From: Chthonomonadales bacterium
Lineage (GTDB): Bacteria; Armatimonadota; Chthonomonadetes; Chthonomonadales; CAJBBX01
DNA: 64,000 bases
Direction: 5' to 3'
Assembly (NCBI GenBank): GCA_037442185.1
Contig: JBBIQU010000001.1
Span: 4,062-68,061 of the forward strand
The notes under the pieces were generated by a model. That model was given only the letters and a program-made list of their open reading frames with translations. It was not told where the DNA came from and searched no databases. Numbering within the stretch: the stretch's first letter is position 1; the number at the start of each line of letters is the position of its first letter. Of this stretch, positions 19,323 to 33,800 are shown piece after piece. Position numbers and translations under genes: made by a program.

Positions 19323-20987
19323 ATGCCGTTCGGCCACGGCCTCACAAACGAACTGTTCGGTCCCGTAACCGGTCGCAACCGACGCGTTTCCAGCAACGAG
19401 CAACCGAACTGGAACGACGGCAACATGGACATGACATGGCTTCAGCCGGGCGATGTCCTTGAGCTTCCGATACTCGAAGGACCGGGCATTATCAGGCACA
19501 TCTGGATGACGAGTCATGCCGGCGGCGTAGGCGAACTGGACACGCTCAGCCTCCGTATCTACTGGGACGACAGCGAGACGCCGGCGGTTGCCGTTCCTCT
19601 CGGCATGTTCTTTGCAGTCGGCCAGGGAAGGCCCGCGGTCGTTGAGAGCTGGCCGGTACAGGTATCGCCGACCGGCAGTCTGACGTGCTACTGGCCGATG
19701 CCGTTTCAGCGCTGCGCGCGCATCACCATCACCAACGACAACCCGGATCGGGGCACCGGGCTGTACTGGCAGGTTGACTGGGAGCAGACAGCCGACCTTC
19801 CCAAGGACGCGATGCTCTTCCACGCAGGCTATCGGCAGGCATTTCCCGCGCCGTCGGGAGCCGACTACGTCGTTGCCGACCTCGCCGGAACCGGCCGCTA
19901 CGTGGGCACGGTCCTTGCCGTGACGCTGGGCCAGGACGGGTGGTTCGGCGAGGGCGACGACTTCTTCTTCATTGACGGCGAGAAGACGCCCAGCCTGCAG
20001 GGCACGGGAACAGAGGACTACTTCAACGATGCATGGGGCTTCAGGCCTCGGACCGGCCTGTGGTTCGGTCAGCCGAGATGGGAAGGATACTCCGCAGGCG
20101 ATGCAGGAGTGTGCTACCGATGGCATCTCCTGGATCCCGTCACCTTCAGCCGCTCGCTCCGGGTCTGCATTGAGCACAAGGGCAACCTTCCGCGGTCCGA
20201 GGACGGCTTCTACGTTGAACGCCCCGACTTCTGGAGCAGCGTCGCGTTCTGGTATCAGCATGGAACCAACGGAACGGAAGGAGCCGACCTGCCGTCGTGG
20301 CCTGAGCGAAGCGTGCCGTGGCTCGACGTGCATCTTCTCGAAGCATTCCAAGCGATCAGGACGGCCGGCAACGCCAGACCCGCGATCACGCTCGAAGGCA
20401 TGTTCGGCGGACAGCCAATGCTCCTCTGGCCGAACACCGAACCCGCCGCAATGATGACGATACCGTTCGCCGTGCCCGATATGCAGCGCTACGCGTTGCG
20501 CCTCCTCGCACAGACAGGACCCGACTCCGGCTCATTCGATATCGAGATTGACGGTTCGCCGGTCGCGACCGATATCAACCTCTGCGCCGCGGAACCTGAG
20601 GCCCGCGCCATCTCGCTCGGAGCGCTCGTACTCGATGCGGGGATGCATGCCCTGTCTTTCGTGGCGCGCGACTGCCCTGTGGGCTCGCTCTGTGTGGAAC
20701 GGCTGCGTCTCCTGAAGCTCCCTCCCGAGGCCACGCGGCCCATCCGTGGACGCAATGAAGCCCATTTCATCAGATTGGGCATAGGGCGAGCATTGTACGC
20801 CCATCGTCTTGCCTATGGGAACCTGCCCAACTCTCTGGACGAACTTGTAGAAAGGCGGATCATGGATCCCAGATACCTCGAGGACGAGAATGGGGTGCGG
20901 CTCCAAGCATGGCGCGAGGACGCGAGGTTCGTCGTCGAGGCGCCGGAGTGGAAGCATAGCTGGACAGGACTGGATGCCCGACGTTAG
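19323..20987 (+). CDS. DUF2961 / GH172-like protein with ~200-aa C-terminal extension
   Basis: GPGIIRHIWMT, LRIYWDD...PLGMFF, YWPMPF and WFGEGDDFFFIDGE..LQGTGTEDYFNDAWG are strongly reminiscent of DUF2961 (GH172). A GGAGGA SD precedes the start. Confidence 0.7.
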   Translation: MPFGHGLTNELFGPVTGRNRRVSSNEQPNWNDGNMDMTWLQPGDVLELPILEGPGIIRHIWMTSHAGGVGELDTLSLRIYWDDSETPAVAVPLGMFFAVGQGRPAVVESWPVQVSPTGSLTCYWPMPFQRCARITITNDNPDRGTGLYWQVDWEQTADLPKDAMLFHAGYRQAFPAPSGADYVVADLAGTGRYVGTVLAVTLGQDGWFGEGDDFFFIDGEKTPSLQGTGTEDYFNDAWGFRPRTGLWFGQPRWEGYSAGDAGVCYRWHLLDPVTFSRSLRVCIEHKGNLPRSEDGFYVERPDFWSSVAFWYQHGTNGTEGADLPSWPERSVPWLDVHLLEAFQAIRTAGNARPAITLEGMFGGQPMLLWPNTEPAAMMTIPFAVPDMQRYALRLLAQTGPDSGSFDIEIDGSPVATDINLCAAEPEARAISLGALVLDAGMHALSFVARDCPVGSLCVERLRLLKLPPEATRPIRGRNEAHFIRLGIGRALYAHRLAYGNLPNSLDELVERRIMDPRYLEDENGVRLQAWREDARFVVEAPEWKHSWTGLDARR

Positions 20988-21037
20988 GGCGAAGCGCCAC
21001 GGCGCGTTCGGCCGTCGGCTAACTGTGAGTGTATAGG

Positions 21038-23095
21038 ATGGACCAGGACGAAGCGAGGACGAGTGACGCAACCGCGGAGCGGCGCGCGATTGGACGGGCA
21101 CTGCAGGCCATCGCCATGCGCCAGCGAGACACGGACGCATACGGGATCATCGCCACCGAGCTTCGCACACTCCTGCGCGCATCCACGGTGGCCGTTGGAT
21201 TGATCGCGCCGCAGACCTCCCGTGTACAGTCCTCTACCGATCCCGGCGGCCCAATGGACTTCGTCGCCGTTGCGGGAGCCGACCCGCGCGAGATCGTCGG
21301 CCTTCGTGTTGCCGCTGACGACACTCTCTGCGTGAACGCGCTTCGCGTCGGACGTCCGACAGTGTTCCTCCCGGACCCACACTCTGCGGTTCGGAGCGGA
21401 GCGATCTGCCCGATCGTCAGCGTATCGGGCGTCCGCGGAGCCATCTATGCGGTGGACAGGGAGGGCGGCGCACCCTTCGAGGACCACGATCTTGACATCA
21501 TGTCGGTCTTTGCTCAGGCCGCCGGCATGGTGGTCGAGTCTGCACAGGCGAGCCGAGAGCTGGCAGAGAAGCAACGAGAACTGGCGGTCCTCTACGAAAC
21601 AACGCGCACCGTAACGTCGAGTCTCAACATCCAGGGCGTGCTCGACTCGGTGCTCGATGCCATTTGCCACCACATACCGGTCCAGGCCGCTGTCGTGTAC
21701 CTGCTCAACGATGAGCGCACGCACCTTTTCATCGCAGCTGACCGTGGCCTGAGCGATGACGAACGCGAGGTTCAGTTGGCCGCCGACACGGGCGTCGCCG
21801 CGCGCGTCCTGAACGATGGCGAGCCGCTCCTTCTGACGGACACCGATTCCATCGTCACGCAGGCGTCCCGCCAGGCGCTGGGTGACATCGGCGAGGTAGA
21901 CATTCGCTCGGCAGACCATCGTCAGCGCTCGGCAATGGTTACGCCAATCCGCAGCGCCTCCGATGTGATGGGTCTGCTTACCGTGAGCAGCGCCGCTCCA
22001 GGAGCTTACGGGGACGACGAACTGCGGCTTCTCACCACTGTGGCCGCCCAGGCGGGCATTGCCATGGATAACGCCGCGCTCTTCGAGGATGCGACGAGGC
22101 GCGCGGAGGCAGCCAGCGCCCTCTTCAGCATATCGCAGCGGATCGGTTCGACCCTCGACATTGCCGAAGCCCTCGATTATGTCGCCGACCACTCGGTAGC
22201 GCTGCTCCAGGTTGACAAGTTCGCCGTCATGTTGATGGACCACAGGGATGGGCTTCTGCATCCGCACGCAATGCGCGGGCTCGATCAGACCTCGTTCGCC
22301 GCCATCACGCCACGGTCGGGCGAGGGCATCGCCGGATGGGTCCATGCGTGGACGGCGCCAACGGCGGTCGCCGACGTTGCAGCCGATGCGCGCGACAAGC
22401 TCTATCCGATCCATCAGGAAGGCGTGGCGTCGTGCATGTGCGTCCCCATGGCTTCGGGCGATACCGTCCTGGGCGTTCTGCTGGCCATGTCGTCACGGCG
22501 GCGACTGTTCACCGTCGCCGAACTGGAACTGCTCTACACCATCGCTAACCAGGCCGCAGCTGCGGTGGTCAACGCTCAGACCTATGCGCGCGCACACGCT
22601 CGCGCTCAGGCCATGCGCCGCTACTTCCGGCGACTTGCCGCAGCGCTTGGTGCCAGCATAGACCGAGCGCACATCCTGCAGCTCGTGACGGATGTCGCGC
22701 TCGACGTGATGGAGGCCGACCGCTGCAACATCTACACGCTGCGCGATCAGACGCTTCATCTTGAAGCTCAGAGCCGCCTTGCCGGCACCGGCGCGCCCGA
22801 TCCTGAGATTGGCGTTGGTGTCGGCCTTACGGGATGGGTGGCTGCGCGGGGACGATCCCTGGCTGTGCCGAAGCTGGCCGAAGACCGTCGCACACGCGAA
22901 CACGCGTGGGGCGGGCGGGAGAGCCTCGCGTCGTACCTGGGATTACCCCTGAAGGCCGGGCGCAAGACCACTGGCGTGCTGGAGATCATGACTCGAGAGC
23001 CGAGAGCCTTCGCGCCGGATGAAGTAAGGCTGCTGTCCCAGTTCATTTCGCGGGCGCGGATCGGTGAGCGCCTGCAGGAGGATACGAACACATGA
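21038..23095 (+). CDS. Multi-GAF-domain protein with no recognisable output domain
   Basis: ORF 21029..23095; the ATG at 21038 is preferred. Four successive ~160-aa blocks look GAF-like (e.g. LLTVSSAAPGAYGDDELRLLTTVAAQAGIAMDNAALFE; VLLAMSSRRRLFTVAELELLYTIANQAAAAVVNAQTY; VLEIMTREPRAFAPDEVRLLSQFISRA). The stop overlaps the trxB ATG. Confidence 0.65.
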   Translation: MDQDEARTSDATAERRAIGRALQAIAMRQRDTDAYGIIATELRTLLRASTVAVGLIAPQTSRVQSSTDPGGPMDFVAVAGADPREIVGLRVAADDTLCVNALRVGRPTVFLPDPHSAVRSGAICPIVSVSGVRGAIYAVDREGGAPFEDHDLDIMSVFAQAAGMVVESAQASRELAEKQRELAVLYETTRTVTSSLNIQGVLDSVLDAICHHIPVQAAVVYLLNDERTHLFIAADRGLSDDEREVQLAADTGVAARVLNDGEPLLLTDTDSIVTQASRQALGDIGEVDIRSADHRQRSAMVTPIRSASDVMGLLTVSSAAPGAYGDDELRLLTTVAAQAGIAMDNAALFEDATRRAEAASALFSISQRIGSTLDIAEALDYVADHSVALLQVDKFAVMLMDHRDGLLHPHAMRGLDQTSFAAITPRSGEGIAGWVHAWTAPTAVADVAADARDKLYPIHQEGVASCMCVPMASGDTVLGVLLAMSSRRRLFTVAELELLYTIANQAAAAVVNAQTYARAHARAQAMRRYFRRLAAALGASIDRAHILQLVTDVALDVMEADRCNIYTLRDQTLHLEAQSRLAGTGAPDPEIGVGVGLTGWVAARGRSLAVPKLAEDRRTREHAWGGRESLASYLGLPLKAGRKTTGVLEIMTREPRAFAPDEVRLLSQFISRARIGERLQEDTNT

Positions 23096-24105
23096 CCCAA
23101 CCCCATTCGAACCCCGACCATCGGAGCGTCATCATCCTGGGCAGCGGACCGGCGGGCTACACCGCTGCGCTCTACACGGCGCGCGCATCGCTGCATCCGC
23201 TCGTCATTGACGGCGGGCCGGGCCTCGGACAATCCGTGCAGGGACAGGGCGGCCAGTTAACGATCACGTCTGAAGTGGAGAACTACCCGGGCTTCCCGGA
23301 AGGCATCATGGGTCCGGAGCTGATGGCCCGAATGCGCGAACAGGTCGCCCGGTTCGGGGTCGAGTTCGTCGAGGACATGGCGACCCGTGTCTCGCTGGCG
23401 AATCGCCCGTTCGGGGTATGGGTCGGAGACACCGAGTACCGAGCGGATGTACTCATCCTGGCGACCGGCGCTTCGGCAAAGTGGCTGGGCCTTGACGCCG
23501 AGAAACCGGTATGGGAAGGCGGACTTGGGGGCGCCGGGGTATCGGCATGCGCAACCTGCGATGGGCCGATGCCGATCTTCCGCAACAAGGAGCTCGTCGT
23601 CGTGGGCGGGGGTGACACCGCTGCCGAAGAGGCGCTCTTCCTGACCCACTTTGCTTCGCACGTTTATGTCGTCCATCGTCGGGATGCCCTCCGAGCCTCC
23701 CAGATCATGCAGAGGCGACTGCTCAGCGACCCCAAGGTGACGGCGCTCTGGAACAAGGTGGTTGCTGACATCCACGACGTCGCCGAGAAACGGGTCACGG
23801 GCGTGACGCTCAGGGACACCGTCACCGGTGAGACGAGCCTTCGGGAGTGCGCCGGCGTGTTCATGGCGATTGGCCACAAGCCCAACAGCGATCTCTTCGT
23901 CGGCCAGCTTGAGCTGGACTCCAACGGCTACGTAGTCACTCACAGCGACGTCCGCACCAGCGTTCCCGGCGTCTTTGCGTGCGGCGACCTTCAGGACCAT
24001 GTATACCGGCAAGCGATCACTGCGGCAGGTTCCGGCTGTATGGCGGCCATCCAGGCCGAGCGCATGCTGGCAGCCGAGAGCGCCGGCAGCACGCTCGATT
24101 GGTAG
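23092..24105 (+). CDS. trxB: Thioredoxin-disulfide reductase
   Basis: GSGPAGYTAA FAD motif, CATCDG redox-active disulfide and GGGDTAAEEA NADPH motif. Confidence 0.95.
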   Translation: MTQPHSNPDHRSVIILGSGPAGYTAALYTARASLHPLVIDGGPGLGQSVQGQGGQLTITSEVENYPGFPEGIMGPELMARMREQVARFGVEFVEDMATRVSLANRPFGVWVGDTEYRADVLILATGASAKWLGLDAEKPVWEGGLGGAGVSACATCDGPMPIFRNKELVVVGGGDTAAEEALFLTHFASHVYVVHRRDALRASQIMQRRLLSDPKVTALWNKVVADIHDVAEKRVTGVTLRDTVTGETSLRECAGVFMAIGHKPNSDLFVGQLELDSNGYVVTHSDVRTSVPGVFACGDLQDHVYRQAITAAGSGCMAAIQAERMLAAESAGSTLDW

Positions 24106-24137
24106 AAGGAGCGCCGGTCGCGGCGCAGGCATCCCAC

Positions 24138-25307
24138 GTGCATCAGACTGCGGCTGAGCCGCACTTCGTCACCGGACGCCGCCTCATCGGCCATGAGGCG
24201 GCTCGCAGGGCGCTCTGGGGCGCGCTCGAACGGGACACGCCTGCCGGATCCTACTTGCTCAAGGGTCCAACGGGCGTCGGCAAGTCAACCCTCGCACGCG
24301 CCTATGCTCAGGCCGCAGCGTGCGTGGAACCCACCCACGATCCGTTCGGAGCATGCGAGAAGTGCCTCAGCTGCAAGATGGCGGCGCGCGGCGACCATCC
24401 CGAGATCGTTGCCATTGCGCCGGCCGGCGACCAGACGCAGATCTGGCAGTTCTGGGATCGGCCCGGCAAACCGCCGGGGGCGCTTGAGCACACACTGCAG
24501 TTCTCGCCCTCGGTCGGACGCAGGCGCGTGTACATCATCGAGCGCGCCGACACGCTCAATGATGCGGCCTCCAACAGCCTGCTCAAGGTCCTCGAAGAGC
24601 CGCCCGCCTACGCGGTGTTCGTTCTCCTGACGCCGAACGCTGATCGGCTGCTGCAGACGATCGTGTCACGGTGCCGGGCAATCAGTTTGGCCCCGATGCC
24701 CGCCGCCGAGCTGGGGGACATTCTCGCGGATCGGTACGGTCTGGCCCCCGACAGAGCCAGGCTCTTCGCCGGCGTCGCCGAAGGCAGAATCGGAGACGCG
24801 TGCCGCCTGGGGGCGGACCCGTCCGCGTTCGATCGTCTAGCCGAGGCGTTCGATCTCGCGGTCCGCTTGGGCGACTCGCCACCCATTCGAGCGTTGCGCC
24901 TGTCGGAGGAAATCCGCGGACTGGCTTCTCAACTGGATGTGCCGGCATCGGAGGCCGATGTCATGCCGAGCGGCAGCGCAGGCGTGTCGGCTGCATCGCC
25001 CTCCGATGGCGACGACCGCAGCCAGGGCACGCGCGGGCGGACGGACAGGCGACAGGCCGCGCTCGCCATCGAACTGCTCATCTTCGCCTATCGGGAGATG
25101 CTGGCGGCGGCCTTGGGCAGTGACAGTTCGGGCTTCCTTACGTCACGGTCAACCGATGCGCTTGCCGAGGTCGGGCGATTGGATCCGCGCCGATGCCTCG
25201 TTGCGCTCGATGTCCTCATCGGTGCGCGGCGTCGGCTCGATCAGAACGTCTCCCCGAACCTGCTGACGGACTGGATCGCAACCACTATCGCCGCCACGGC
25301 CGCATGA
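24138..25307 (+). CDS. holB: DNA polymerase III subunit delta-prime
   Basis: Part of ORF 23979..25307. The first canonical in-frame start after the trxB stop is the GTG at 24138. It has LLKGPTGVGKSTLA (Walker A), a C..C.SC zinc module, LLKVLEEPP and SRC. The exact start is uncertain. Confidence 0.75.
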   Translation: MHQTAAEPHFVTGRRLIGHEAARRALWGALERDTPAGSYLLKGPTGVGKSTLARAYAQAAACVEPTHDPFGACEKCLSCKMAARGDHPEIVAIAPAGDQTQIWQFWDRPGKPPGALEHTLQFSPSVGRRRVYIIERADTLNDAASNSLLKVLEEPPAYAVFVLLTPNADRLLQTIVSRCRAISLAPMPAAELGDILADRYGLAPDRARLFAGVAEGRIGDACRLGADPSAFDRLAEAFDLAVRLGDSPPIRALRLSEEIRGLASQLDVPASEADVMPSGSAGVSAASPSDGDDRSQGTRGRTDRRQAALAIELLIFAYREMLAAALGSDSSGFLTSRSTDALAEVGRLDPRRCLVALDVLIGARRRLDQNVSPNLLTDWIATTIAATAA

Positions 25308-25353
25308 CCCGCATCGCGAAAGCGTCTGCAGCCGACAACTTGCGGCGCTGAAC

Positions 25354-25375
25354 GTAGCGCAGGCGTCTCGCCTGC
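25354..25375. repeat. REP-like palindromic element copy 3
   Basis: Identical 22-mer gtagcgcaggcgtctcgcctgc in the holB-downstream intergenic region. Confidence 0.85.
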
Positions 25376-25394
25376 TATGAGGAGACTGACAAAC

Positions 25395-25862
25395 ATGCCA
25401 CCTATCGGAACAGGCTCACGCGTGAGGATTGCCACACGCTCCGCAACAGCCGACGACGCCAAGAGCGGGCTCTATTACCCCCACTTTGCGGGGCTGACCG
25501 GAACAGTTCAGCACGTCTACGATGCAGACGAGGTCGCCGTCGAGATAGACCCGGAGGCCCTGACTGCGGAGGTGCGCGCTCGCCATGCGTCCGTGCGCGA
25601 CCAGATGAAGACCAAATGGCTCGACGGCCTGTCGGAAGAGGGACGGAGCAAGCTCACGGAGCGCGAGAAGGACTTTCGGCTGCGTTACGTCGTACTCGTT
25701 TCGCGCAAGGATCTGGAAGCGATCACGAAGAGCGAGGCTGCAGCGTTGCCCGATCAGTCGCGCACGAACGCCGCCCACGAAGTGATCGCGCGCAGGCCAA
25801 CATCGGATGATCTCAGCAAGGCCGAAGAGGAGGAGTTGTTGAGGCGACAGCGACGCGCGTGA
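25395..25862 (+). CDS. Hypothetical protein (beta-rich N-terminus, charged helical C-terminus)
   Basis: ORF 25377..25862. The ATG at 25395 follows a GGAG SD and clears the REP element. Codon bias fits the neighbouring genes. I do not recognise a family. Confidence 0.45.
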   Translation: MPPIGTGSRVRIATRSATADDAKSGLYYPHFAGLTGTVQHVYDADEVAVEIDPEALTAEVRARHASVRDQMKTKWLDGLSEEGRSKLTEREKDFRLRYVVLVSRKDLEAITKSEAAALPDQSRTNAAHEVIARRPTSDDLSKAEEEELLRRQRRA

Positions 25863-25939
25863 TCGGATGCAGCCGTCGGGGAGACGGCGATCGGCTCAGC
25901 CACGCGCCATAATCTGCGACGCCGGAGGAAGCGATGTGA

Positions 25940-26015
25940 TGGTGAGGGCACTGGGACTCGAACCCAGGACACCCGCCTTAAAAGGGCGGTGCTCTACCGA
26001 CTGAGCTATACCCTC
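25940..26015 (-). tRNA. tRNA-Lys (anticodon UUU), CCA encoded
   Basis: The reverse complement folds by hand into a cloverleaf: GAGGGTA-TA-GCTC-AGTCGGTA-GAGC-A-CCGCC-CTTTTAA-GGCGG-GTGTC-CTGGG-TTCGAGT-CCCAG-TGCCCTC-A-CCA. Total 76 nt. Confidence 0.9.
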
Positions 26016-26064
26016 CAGTCGCTGCCTATTGTACCATCAGCGAACATGAACCGCCGTCCCGATA

Positions 26065-26099
26065 GGCTTCGGCCCTCCTGGAAAACGGGAGGGCCGAAG
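26065..26099 (-). terminator. 13-bp perfect GC-rich hairpin downstream of rpoC (no U-tract)
   Basis: gcttcggccctcc (26065-26077) pairs with ggagggccgaagc (26087-26099) around a 9-nt loop. It lies about 40 nt past the rpoC stop and upstream of tRNA-Lys. With no T-run, it may be a processing or stability element rather than an intrinsic terminator. Confidence 0.3.
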
Positions 26100-26137
26100 C
26101 ACTTACGGGTAAGGGACGACAGTCCGGTCTCTTACAG

Positions 26138-30739
<4,602 letters not shown>

Positions 30740-30857
30740 TCTTTCCCCTCCCGTCAGATGCCTGACGGCGTATGACGGGCCGGCGGACGCTGGCGTCCGC
30801 CGCCCGATGTTGGTACGTGTTCCCTATTGCGGTGACGACCGTCGCACCGAAGCCGTG

Positions 30858-33800
30858 CTACTCGTCGTCGGTGAACGTCGCGCTGGACAGCCTCTGGCGC
30901 GCTCTGCGCCTGGCCGTCGCGTTAACCGGGTCTTCATTCGGATTGATGTCGTCATCCCGGTCCTTCAGATCAATCTCGTTGTTGCTGTCGTCTTCGACAA
31001 CCACCTTGAGACAGAGCGATTGCAGCTCATTCATGAGTATCTTGAACGATTCGGGCACGCCGGGCTCGAGCATTGTGTCGCCCTTGACGATCGCCTCGTA
31101 TGTCTTGACGCGCCCCTGGACGTCGTCCGACTTGATGGTCAGGATTTCCTGCAGAGTGTAAGCCGACCCGTATGCTTCGAGCGCCCACACCTCCATCTCG
31201 CCGAACCTCTGGCCGCCGAACTGCGCCTTGCCGCCGAGCGGCTGCTGCGTTACCAACGAGTACGGCCCGGTTGATCGGGCGTGTATCTTGTCGTCAACGA
31301 GGTGCGCCAGCTTCATCATGTAGATGTAGCCGACCGTCACCGGGCTGTCGAACTGGGTACCCGTCAGACCATCCCTGAGGTACGTCTTGCCCGTCTTCGG
31401 GTCTATGCCTGCGCGCGACCAGGCGTTTCCGCGGATCCGCTCGATCAGACGAGCGTAATCGTAGTCGGCAGGCACTTCAGGCGCCGCTGTCACGCGCGCG
31501 GCCGGCGTTTCGTAGGCGCCGTCCGCTGCCGCCTCGGCGGCCGTAGGATCCTCGGACTCGCCGATCATCGCCAGCTCCTCCGACACGACGGGCCCGCACA
31601 GAATCCGCGAGACACGTTCCAGCTCGATGGCATCCAGGCTGCGCAGACACTGCTCGACGGCGTGCAGCCTGACGTCCGATGCTTCGCTGAGCGCCGCCGA
31701 GATCTGATCAAGACGATCTTCCGGCGAAAGATGCTCGAACCGATCGCGGAGCTCGTTGTAGTCGGGATCCGGCACCGGGGGCACCGAGAGCCCGAGCTCG
31801 CCGCCAACATAGTCCTCCAACGCTTCACGGCGCAGATGCGATGCCGTGAACCCGAGCTCACAGCGGATGTCGGCCTCGGTTGCGCCCTCGAATGCGGGGT
31901 TGACATAGGAACAGCCCAGGTGATGCCCGGCAAGCCCCAGGTGCGTCTCGAGAATCTGCCCAATGTTCATGCGCGACGGCACTCCCAGGGGATTCAGCAC
32001 GATGTCCACCGGCGTTCCGTCCGGCAGGAACGGCATGTCCTCTTCGGGCAGGATCTTCGAAATGACTCCCTTGTTGCCGTGGCGACCTGCCATCTTGTCG
32101 CCTTCCATGATCTTGCGCTTCTGGGCAATGTAGACGCGCACCAACTGGTTGACGCCGGCATTGAGTTCGTCGGGCGTGATCCTAACGAGCTCGCCGTCGC
32201 ACTTATCGCATGTCGTGGTGTCGGGCCGCTTGCTGAAGTTGAACTCCCTCGAACACCGCTCGCACTGGTACTTGAAGCGGCTGAACACCTTGACATCAAC
32301 AACTTTGCCCTTCTCGCCGTGCGGCACGCGCAACGACACGTCGCGAGTCTCCTCGGCTTTCTTGCCGAAAATCGCGATGATCAGGCGTTCCTCTGCCGTA
32401 AGCTCGCCCTGCCCCTTGGGAGCTACCTCTCCGACGAGGATATCCTCAGGTCGAACCTCGGCGCCGATCCGGATGATTCCGTTCTCGTCGAGGTCCTTGA
32501 GCATATCGTCGCTTACGTTGGGAATGTCCCGCGTGATCTCCTCGGGACCGAGTTTGGTGTCGCGCGCTTCCTTCTCGTACTTCTCGATATGCACCGACGT
32601 GAAGGTGTCGTCCTTGACAAGCCGCTCGGAGATGAGGATGGCGTCCTCGTAGTTGTAGCCGCCCCAGGGCATGAACGCCACGAGGACATTCTGCCCGAGG
32701 GCCAGCTCTCCGTTGTCGGTGCACGGGCCATCGGCCAGGATCTGACCGGCGCGAACGCGCTGCCCCACGCTGACCAGCGGGCGCTGGGTGATGCACGTGG
32801 ACTGGTTGGACCGAAGCATGTTGATCAGCCGATAGCGATCCTTCGGTCCGCCGGGCGTTTGCACGATGATCTCGCGCGACGTGACTCGCGTCACGGTGCC
32901 GGACCGCTTCGCCTTGATCACGGCGTTCGAGTCCCGCGCGGCGCGCTTCTCGACGCCGGTCTTGACCAGCGGACGGCTCGGCCGCAGCGTCGGCACCGCC
33001 TGGCGCTGCATGTTGGAGCCCATAAGCGCCCGGTTCGCATCGTCGTTCTCGAGGAAGGGGATCATGGCCGTCGCGACGGACACGATCTGCATGGGCGAGA
33101 CGTCCATGTAGTCCACGCGATCCGGCCGGACCGTCGGATACTGGTCCTCATAGCGCACCTGTATCTCGTGCTTCGGGTTGCCCATCGCATCAACGAAGCG
33201 GCCTTCGGCATCCACGCGCTCATTGCCCGGCGCGATGTGGTACTTATGGTCCTCATCGGCGGTCATCCAGACGAGCTCCTTCGTGACCACGCCGCGGCGA
33301 ACCTTACGGTAGGGCGTCTGCAGGAAGCCGTACTTGTCCACCCGGGCATGGACCGCCATAGAGCCGATGAGACCGATGTTTGGGCCTTCAGGCGTCTCGA
33401 TGGGACAGATGCGCCCGTAATGCGAGTGGTGAACGTCGCGAACCTCGAGCTTGGCGCTCTGGCGGCTCAGACCTCCCGGTCCCAGCGCCGACAGCCTGCG
33501 CTTCGACGTCAGCTCGGCGAGGGGATTCGTCTGATCCATGAACTGGCTGAGCTGGCTGGACCCGAAGAAGCTCTTGATCGCGGCGGAAACCGGCTTGACC
33601 GACAGGATCACCGAAGGCGAAGCCGTCTCGTCCGGTCCGAGTGAGGTCATGCGCTCCTTGGCAACCTTCTCCATCCTCAGGAAGCCCAGACGGAGCTGGC
33701 TGTGCAGAAGCTCCCCGACCGATCGGACGCGCTTGTTCTCCAGGTGGTCAATGTCGTCCGTCGAGCCGTGACCGTTGTCGAGGTTGATAATGTAGCGGAG

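Noticed and set aside
23979-24137. Long upstream extension of holB that overlaps trxB by 127 nt.
   Set aside because: The extension is read in a trxB shadow frame. The conserved delta-prime N-terminus begins just after the GTG at 24138.
25863-26137. tRNA-Lys as a possible genomic-island integration site.
   Set aside because: There is no integrase, no direct repeat of the tRNA 3' end and no compositional shift nearby. The flanks are core genes (rpoC and the holB neighbourhood).
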